From an uncultured Leptospira sp. (GTDB taxonomy: Bacteria > Spirochaetota > UBA4802 > UB4802), in assembly GCA_964509195.1 (NCBI GenBank), contig CAZDWJ010000008.1:61190-125189 (forward strand): a stretch of DNA of 64,000 nt. Direction: 5' to 3'. The notes beneath the pieces were generated by a model. That model made no database searches, was not told the origin of the DNA, and was given only the letters and a program-made list of their open reading frames with translations. Position numbers and translations under genes: made by a program. Positions 56,595 to 62,905 of the stretch are shown here, one piece after another. Each line of letters begins with the position of its first letter. Position 1 is the first letter of the stretch.

Positions 56595-57656
56595 ATGAAG
56601 TTGTGTACTATCAAAGCCGGGCAAAGAGCCTACAGTATAATTATAGATGAAGGATTACAAAAAGAAAGAATTAAATGTGTACTTGGTGCTGCAGGTGGGC
56701 CAAAGTGGCTTGTGTTGTATGGACTGGACAAGGCTATATATACACAGTTTTTAACAAAACGAAAAAGCCCCGTGCAATTAATTGGTTCTTCTATTGCAAC
56801 ATGGCGCTTTGCTGCACTGGCACAAAAGGATGGTGAAAGGGCAATAGATATTTTTAAAGAGCGGTATATGGCACAAAAATATTCGCTTAATCCTAACAGA
56901 GAAGAGATAACCGCTGAGACAGCGGCAATTCTGGAAACGTATTTACCCGACAGCAAGATACAAGAGATACTTACACATCCGGTACTTAGGCTTTGCATTA
57001 TTACTGCACGCGCAAAACATCTGCTACAGTATGAACACAAATATCCACTAATGGCAGGACTTGCTTTTACCGCACTTACCAATGCAGTGAGCAGAAAATT
57101 ATTGCAGATAGATTTTGACAGATTTATATTCTATGATAAAAGGGAGTTTCCCTCGTTTATCAGGTGGGATGACTTTAATACTCAGTACATTCCGCTTGAT
57201 GGCACAAACATAAAAAAAGCCATTATGGCTTCAGGTGCTATCCCACTTGTGATGAAAGGGGTGCCCTTTACATACAATGGGCATACTACAATGCTGCGTG
57301 ATGGTGGGCTTGTGGATTATCAGATGGATCTGCCGCTAACGCTGAATGGTGGTATTGCGCTGTATCCACATTACCGTGACAGCATTATATCGGGGTGGTT
57401 TGACAAAGCGTTACCGTACCGCAGGAGGCAACACAACCTGGAGGATATCTGTATTATTTCGCCTAATAAAGAAGCTATTTTCTCACTGCCGTATAAAAAG
57501 ATCCCTGACAGAAATGATTTTTATACATTTGCAGGCAATGATAAAGAACGCCTCTCGTTCTGGGAAAAGGCAGTTGAATTGGGTATACACATGGCAGAAG
57601 AATTTATGGAACTGGTGGACAGTGGAAAAATTAAAGACAGGGTTGTGTTATTGTAG
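56595..57656 (+). CDS. patatin-like phospholipase family protein
   Basis: About 353 aa. It has the Gly-rich oxyanion region VLGAAGGPKW, a nucleophile-elbow-like LIGSSIATW (GxSxA variant) and the catalytic Asp context LRDGGLVDY. A GAGGT SD precedes the ATG at 56595. Confidence 0.55.
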   Translation: MKLCTIKAGQRAYSIIIDEGLQKERIKCVLGAAGGPKWLVLYGLDKAIYTQFLTKRKSPVQLIGSSIATWRFAALAQKDGERAIDIFKERYMAQKYSLNPNREEITAETAAILETYLPDSKIQEILTHPVLRLCIITARAKHLLQYEHKYPLMAGLAFTALTNAVSRKLLQIDFDRFIFYDKREFPSFIRWDDFNTQYIPLDGTNIKKAIMASGAIPLVMKGVPFTYNGHTTMLRDGGLVDYQMDLPLTLNGGIALYPHYRDSIISGWFDKALPYRRRQHNLEDICIISPNKEAIFSLPYKKIPDRNDFYTFAGNDKERLSFWEKAVELGIHMAEEFMELVDSGKIKDRVVLL

Positions 57657-57756
57657 GGCGATAGTTACTGCATGAGGGATGCGAAGGGTAAAAAAATCAC
57701 ATTAACAATTAAAAAAATTAGTTGATTAAAAAAATACATAACACTGTAATTTTTTC

Positions 57757-57785
57757 TTTACAAACAGTCAGTAAAATGATATACT
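57757..57785 (+). promoter_or_regulatory. sigma70-type promoter candidate for the acyl-CoA dehydrogenase gene
   Basis: TTTACA (57757..57762), a 17-nt spacer, then TATACT (57780..57785), 35 nt upstream of the ATG at 57821. Confidence 0.5.
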
Positions 57786-57820
57786 CAAATTTGTTACTAT
57801 AATTTGAATAGGGGTGGAGT

Positions 57821-59518
57821 ATGATTCTTTTAAATCCAAAAAAGTACAATGTACAATTTTCTGACAAAGAGTCAGAAGATATTATGAAAAAAACCATTAA
57901 TTTTTTTGAGACCAAAGGCTTAAAAAAGATACTGGATGATGACCACAACTGTGTGTGGTATGATGACTTTTTACAGTTTCAGAAAGACAATCAGATTTTT
58001 GCAAAGCTGTTCACGCCAAAAGGGTATGGTGATGGTGATAGTCGATGGGACACCTACCGCATAGTCAACTTTGCTGAGATTTTGGGTTTTTATGGCCTGT
58101 GCTACTGGTATACATTTCAGGTTTCGCAGCTTGGGCTTGGGCCAATCTGGATTGGTAAAAACGAAGAGGTAAAGCAGAAAGCTGCTAAGCTTTTAAAAGA
58201 AGGTGCTATCTTTGCGTTTGGTTTGTCAGAAAAAGAACATGGTGCTGACATCTACTCAAGTGATATGATGCTGTATCCTAACGGCGATGGTACCTATAGA
58301 GCTAATGGCGATAAATACTACATTGGCAATGGTAACAAAGCTGCTATGGTTTCCACATTTGGTAAGTTTGCTGATACAGGTGATTATGTATTTTTTGTAG
58401 TGGATTCGCAGCATCCAAAGTATGAGTGCATAAAAAATGTTATTCATAACCAGTCATATGTTGCTGAGTATGCATTGCACGATTATCCTATAACTGAAGC
58501 TGATATCCTTGATAAAGGCAGGGATGCGTGGGATGCTTCGCTCAATACCATTAATATATGTAAATTTAATTTAGGATGGGGTTCCATTGGTATTGCAACA
58601 CACTGTTTTTATGAAGCATTGAACCACGCTGCACACCGCAACCTTTATGGCAAATATGTGACTGAATTTCCACACATCAAACAGTTCTTTGTTGATTCGT
58701 ACACACGGCTTGTGGCAATGAAGTTGTTTGCACTGCGCGCTACTGACTATATGCGAAGCGCCAATGAAAATGACAAACGGTATTTGCTGTACAATCCTAT
58801 GGTTAAAATGAAAGTGACCACACAGGGCGAAGAGGTTATTAACCTGCTGTGGGATATCATTGCTGCTAAAGGCTTTGAAAAGGATACCTACTTCCACATG
58901 GCTGCACGTGATATCAGGGCATTGCCAAAACTGGAAGGCACTGTGCACGTTAACATGGCACTCATTATTAAATTTATGTTTAACTACTTCTTTAATCCAA
59001 AAGAATTCCCCGAAGTACCCCAGCGGCTTGATGCAGCTAATGATGATTTTCTTTTTAATCAGGGGCCAACAAAAGGATTGGGCAAGATTCAATTCCACGA
59101 TTATAACATTGCGTATAATAGCGTGAGCCTGCCCAACGTTGAGATTTTCAAAAAGCAGATTAATGCATTCAAGGATTTCATGATGGGTGCAACCCCTGAC
59201 CAGAAACAGGCTGAAGACATTGACTTTTTACTATCAATTGGTGAACTTTTTACACTGGTTGCGTATGGTCAGCTTATCCTTGAGAACAAGAAGATTTACA
59301 ATGTGGAAGATGATTTGATTGATCAGATCTTTGATTTTATGATCAGAGATTTTTCAAAATTTGCTTTACAGATTTATTCCAAGACTAGCAGTACCGCAAA
59401 GCAGCAGGAGCTGTGTTTAAAGATGATACAGAAGCCTGTGGTTGATCATGACAGGTATAACCGTGTGCTTGAAAAGTATGTGTATTCACAGGTTGATGCG
59501 TATCAGATGAATGAGTAG
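57821..59518 (+). CDS. acyl-CoA dehydrogenase family protein (long form)
   Basis: 565 aa. It has an ACAD-like middle beta-domain (AFGLSEKEHGADIYS) and a helical C-terminal domain. GGTGGAG SD. Confidence 0.75.
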   Translation: MILLNPKKYNVQFSDKESEDIMKKTINFFETKGLKKILDDDHNCVWYDDFLQFQKDNQIFAKLFTPKGYGDGDSRWDTYRIVNFAEILGFYGLCYWYTFQVSQLGLGPIWIGKNEEVKQKAAKLLKEGAIFAFGLSEKEHGADIYSSDMMLYPNGDGTYRANGDKYYIGNGNKAAMVSTFGKFADTGDYVFFVVDSQHPKYECIKNVIHNQSYVAEYALHDYPITEADILDKGRDAWDASLNTINICKFNLGWGSIGIATHCFYEALNHAAHRNLYGKYVTEFPHIKQFFVDSYTRLVAMKLFALRATDYMRSANENDKRYLLYNPMVKMKVTTQGEEVINLLWDIIAAKGFEKDTYFHMAARDIRALPKLEGTVHVNMALIIKFMFNYFFNPKEFPEVPQRLDAANDDFLFNQGPTKGLGKIQFHDYNIAYNSVSLPNVEIFKKQINAFKDFMMGATPDQKQAEDIDFLLSIGELFTLVAYGQLILENKKIYNVEDDLIDQIFDFMIRDFSKFALQIYSKTSSTAKQQELCLKMIQKPVVDHDRYNRVLEKYVYSQVDAYQMNE

Positions 59519-59529
59519 TGAAAACATCG

Positions 59530-59573
59530 CGGGGATGTGCGGATAGTTATGTATTATCTGCATCCCCGTTTTT
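59530..59573 (+). terminator. intrinsic terminator of the acyl-CoA dehydrogenase gene (overlaps the 3' end of the convergent NTase gene)
   Basis: Stem CGGGGATG (59530..59537) / CATCCCCG (59561..59568) followed by TTTTT. Confidence 0.6.
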
Positions 59574-60014
59574 GTATCCTATTGCTTCCAGATCAGCTAA
59601 ATCCTGATATCTTCCTAATGCCTTTTTATTTTTAATAAACTGTTCCTTCCCAATAAAGAGAACTTGTACATCTCCATAATTTCCTAATAGTGCATTATTA
59701 TAAACTTCATCCCAGCTGACACCGGTTAGAGAGGTGATTAAATCAATTCTTAAAGGTGGGTAGCCCAATTGTATCACTGTATCAGGCTCCATGATATCTT
59801 TTTTTGTTATATTAAAGGAGGAAAAGCCAAAATCTTGCAACGCTTTGACAATTTTTTCTGCATTGCCTTCATCGCAACCTATAAATATATCAAGATCGCC
59901 TGTATATCTGGGATTTCCATGAAATGCCAGAGCATACGCTCCAACTATAACATACTGTGCATTATGATCGTTTAATAATTGTAACAACTCTTTGTAATCT
60001 TGATGTATTTCCAT
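59547..60014 (-). CDS. minimal nucleotidyltransferase-fold protein (TA/defence-type NTase, family uncertain)
   Basis: About 155 aa from the ATG at 60014. It reads MEIHQDYKELLQLLNDHNAQYVIVGAYALAFHGNPRYTGDLDIFI (a G-x-x-A...R-x-T-x-D-x-D NTase signature). Confidence 0.55.
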   Translation of the reverse strand: MEIHQDYKELLQLLNDHNAQYVIVGAYALAFHGNPRYTGDLDIFIGCDEGNAEKIVKALQDFGFSSFNITKKDIMEPDTVIQLGYPPLRIDLITSLTGVSWDEVYNNALLGNYGDVQVLFIGKEQFIKNKKALGRYQDLADLEAIGYKNGDADNT

Positions 60015-60150
60015 AGATTTGCCTGCGTAATATTTCAACAGCACTTATTCGTTCTTCAGGAGTTTTTGTAATCCACCACTTATAATTGTCAGTGGGGGAA
60101 CAATCTTTTATATTTTTCTTTACAGCATGAGTTTTTTTTAAGTGTTCCAT
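59962..60150 (-). CDS. small protein partner of the NTase (putative antitoxin-like)
   Basis: 62 aa: MEHLKKTHAVKK...TPEERISAVEILRRQIYGNTSRLQRVVTIIKRS. Its last 53 nt overlap the NTase gene out of frame. Confidence 0.4.
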   Translation of the reverse strand: MEHLKKTHAVKKNIKDCSPTDNYKWWITKTPEERISAVEILRRQIYGNTSRLQRVVTIIKRS

Positions 60151-60359
60151 ATTTGCATACTTATAGTATTAAATATTAAGATTAAAAATATACATTAATG
60201 GACTTTAAGTCAATAAGAATTTATATAGTCCATGTAAGGATTTTACCCTATTAACCAGTGACTGTTCACTGATAACGTAATAATGAATTTGCACTTGACA
60301 CGGTAGTATCATTATACCATTTATCATAACCATTACGCAAAAGAAAGAGGAAACAGACT

Positions 60360-62090
60360 ATGAGAATGTCACGCTATCTTATTCCAACGCTCAAAGAAGA
60401 TCCTGCAGATGCAGTGATAACCAGCCACAAGCTTATGATACGTGCAGGGCTTATCCGGAAAGAATCAGCTGGTATGTATATCTATCTGCCATCAGGATTG
60501 CGTGTTTTGCAAAAGATTATTAATATAGTGCGCGAAGAAATGAATAAAGCTGGTGCGTTAGAGTTCTTAATGCCGGAGCTTACCAATGCAGATCTTTGGA
60601 AAGAGTCGGGGCGCTGGCATACCATGGGCCCTGAAATGATACGCATAAAGGACCGCAATGGACTTGAATATGCCCTGGCACCAACGCATGAAGAAGCATT
60701 CACCAATGCAATCCGCATGATTGTAACCTCTTACAGGGATTTACCTGTCAATGCATATCAAATCAACACTAAATTTCGTGATGAGATTCGCCCGCGATTT
60801 GGTGTTATGCGCAGCAAAGAATTCATAATGAAGGATGCGTATTCGTTTGATATAGATGAAGCCGGACTTGAGCGCTCATACCAGATAATGCGGCAGACGT
60901 ACCGAAATATCTTCAAACGGTGCGGATTGGAGACAATTCCGGTAGAAGCTGATACTGGTTCAATGGGGGGAAGCGATTCGGAAGAATTCATGGTGGCATC
61001 TGAGGTTGGGGAAGAGATTTTGCTTTTGTGTGATGCATGTGGCTATAAGTCCAATCAGGAACGGGCCACCTGTCAGTATGAACTATCGCCCAATAAAGAA
61101 AATGCCGAAGCACTTGAAATAGTAGATACCCCTGATGTGCGCACAATTGATGAGCTGGTGCAATTTTTTGGATGCAGTGCACATGCATTTTTAAAAAGCC
61201 TTATTTACGTTGCCGACGGTATGCCGGTGATGGCTGTGGTGCCAGGTGATCGCGAAATAAACGAGGTGAAACTAAAAAATGCGTTGGGTGCAGTTGAATT
61301 AGAGCTTGCTCCTGACACGGTTGTGGAAGAGGTGACAGGAGCGCCTGTTGGTTTTGCGGGGCCAATTTTAGCAAAAGGTAAACAGGTGCGCATCATCTTT
61401 GATACTCAGGTAAAATATATTGGCAACGGCATTACAGGAGCTAATGAAAAAGACAAACATTATAAAGGAGTCAATCCCGGAAGAGATTTTGCCATTACGC
61501 AAGAGGCTGACATTACTCTGGTGGTTGCCGGGGATAAATGTCCACACTGCGGCTATCCTCTCAAAGAAAAAAAGGGGATTGAGGTGGGGCACATTTTTAA
61601 GTTAGGCTATAAGTACACAAAGTCAATGAATGTAACAGTGCTTGACCAGAATGGAAAGGCTATTACCCCCATTATGGGCTGTTATGGGATTGGCGTTAAC
61701 CGCACTATGGCAGCGGTAATTGAGCAGCATCATGATGAGCGAGGGATTATCTGGCCAATGAGCGTTGCACCATTTCACGTGCATCTGGTGAGTCTGGCTA
61801 AAAATGAAGCTGAAGAACAATTAGCTGACCAGGTGTATATGCTGCTTTCAACGCACGGGATAGAGATTCTCTATGATGATCGCAAAGCAAGCCCCGGCTT
61901 TAAGTTTGGCGATGCTGATCTTATTGGCATACCAGTACGCCTCACATTGGGGAAAGCATTTTTTGGCGATAGTTCCTCAATTGAGGTCAAACTGCGCAAC
62001 AAAGATGAAAAACAAATCGTTGCTAAAGACGATATTGTGTCGTATTGCAAAAAGCTAATTGCCGACCAATTATCCACCCTGAATTCATAG
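60360..62090 (+). CDS. proS: proline--tRNA ligase (bacterial type with INS editing domain)
   Basis: 576 aa. It begins MSRYLIPTLKEDPADAVITSHKLMIRAGLIRK and has class II motifs (FRDEIRPRFGVMRSKEF; GCYGIGVNR). Confidence 0.95.
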   Translation: MRMSRYLIPTLKEDPADAVITSHKLMIRAGLIRKESAGMYIYLPSGLRVLQKIINIVREEMNKAGALEFLMPELTNADLWKESGRWHTMGPEMIRIKDRNGLEYALAPTHEEAFTNAIRMIVTSYRDLPVNAYQINTKFRDEIRPRFGVMRSKEFIMKDAYSFDIDEAGLERSYQIMRQTYRNIFKRCGLETIPVEADTGSMGGSDSEEFMVASEVGEEILLLCDACGYKSNQERATCQYELSPNKENAEALEIVDTPDVRTIDELVQFFGCSAHAFLKSLIYVADGMPVMAVVPGDREINEVKLKNALGAVELELAPDTVVEEVTGAPVGFAGPILAKGKQVRIIFDTQVKYIGNGITGANEKDKHYKGVNPGRDFAITQEADITLVVAGDKCPHCGYPLKEKKGIEVGHIFKLGYKYTKSMNVTVLDQNGKAITPIMGCYGIGVNRTMAAVIEQHHDERGIIWPMSVAPFHVHLVSLAKNEAEEQLADQVYMLLSTHGIEILYDDRKASPGFKFGDADLIGIPVRLTLGKAFFGDSSSIEVKLRNKDEKQIVAKDDIVSYCKKLIADQLSTLNS

Positions 62091-62122
62091 ATTTTTCTTG
62101 CTGATGCGATATACTTTTTAGT

Positions 62123-62269
62123 ATGGAAGAAATAGTTACAATAGTTATACTGGTTATCGCATCACTGGTGTATATCATTCACTATGTGAAAGTAACTTTG
62201 CAAAAACCACAGCAATGTGTATGTGAGAAATGTCCTGTAGAGTGCAAAGAAAGAAAAGAGCGCCACTAA
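62123..62269 (+). CDS. small membrane protein with Cys-rich tail (FeoB-associated Cys-rich / p12-like family, tentative)
   Basis: Absent from the track because it is under 60 aa. The product is MEEIVTIVILVIASLVYIIHYVKVTLQKPQQCVCEKCPVECKERKERH*. It has one TM helix and then a C-x-C-x2-C-x3-C tail. Confidence 0.45.
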   Translation: MEEIVTIVILVIASLVYIIHYVKVTLQKPQQCVCEKCPVECKERKERH

Positions 62270-62277
62270 AGGCGCTC
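62245..62277 (-). terminator. intrinsic terminator of ssb
   Basis: GAGCGCC (62258..62264) / GGCGCTC (62271..62277). On the minus strand it is followed by TTTTCTTTCTTT. It overlaps the 3' end of the small + strand ORF. Confidence 0.65.
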
Positions 62278-62303
62278 ATGAGCTATGGAAGAGTTATTGC
62301 TTA

Positions 62304-62657
62304 TCAGGAATTAAGTACTACTTCTTCAGCATTTTTACTGTTTAGTGATTCAATGAATTTTACCTGATTAGATACAAGTTTAATTTTAGAACGAGATTTA
62401 CCTGTATCATCCTGCCATCTGTCCTGCTTTAAGCGTCCTGTTGCCTGAATCATCCGTCCTTTTTTGATATTTTCTGCACACAGATCAGCAAGTTTTTCCC
62501 ATGTTTCAATATCAATATACGAAACATGAGGTTTTGCTTCACCTTTAATTGGATGGTCCATGGCAATGGCAAACACACATACAGATTTGCCAGTTTTTGT
62601 TTTTCGTAAAATAGGATCGTGAGTAACTCTTCCTTCCAGATCGATTGGTTTTGACAT
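62304..62657 (-). CDS. ssb: single-stranded DNA-binding protein (short form without acidic C-terminal tip)
   Basis: 117 aa. The OB-fold pattern reads LEGRVTHDPILRKTKTGKSVCVFAIA...ETWEKLADLCAENIKKGRMIQATGRLKQDRWQDDTGKSRSKIKLV. It ends ...NAEEVVLNS, with no Gly/Pro-rich linker and no D-D-D-I-P-F tail. Confidence 0.75.
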   Translation of the reverse strand: MSKPIDLEGRVTHDPILRKTKTGKSVCVFAIAMDHPIKGEAKPHVSYIDIETWEKLADLCAENIKKGRMIQATGRLKQDRWQDDTGKSRSKIKLVSNQVKFIESLNSKNAEEVVLNS

Positions 62658-62905
62658 AGTATCACCTCATGTAATAAAAATATTTTGATACAACGTTTCA
62701 CTATATAAAACGCTTGATGTTAGAAAAATTAATAGTGAGGTGAAAATTTTTGGATTTTTTTTAAAAAATTTTTAAAAATGAGGTGTAAAACGTACTTCAG
62801 CTAAAAAAATATTTTGCTATAATTACCCTTATACGCAAGTGTGATACATTGTAATATACGCTATGCTAAGTATAGTACCGATTATCACGTAAAAAGGGGA
62901 ATAAT

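Noticed and set aside
58571-59098. 175-aa ORF on the minus strand
   Set aside because: It is antisense inside the acyl-CoA dehydrogenase gene and has no motif or RBS.
60151-60359. Possible T-box leader upstream of proS
   Set aside because: There is no T-box core sequence or specifier/antiterminator architecture, and the region is too short and AT-rich.
5787-61972. Interpreting the GCGAT-containing motif as cyanobacterial HIP1 (GCGATCGC)
   Set aside because: The enriched word is GGCGATAG and is not palindromic. GCGATCGC itself is not enriched here, and the gene content is not cyanobacterial.
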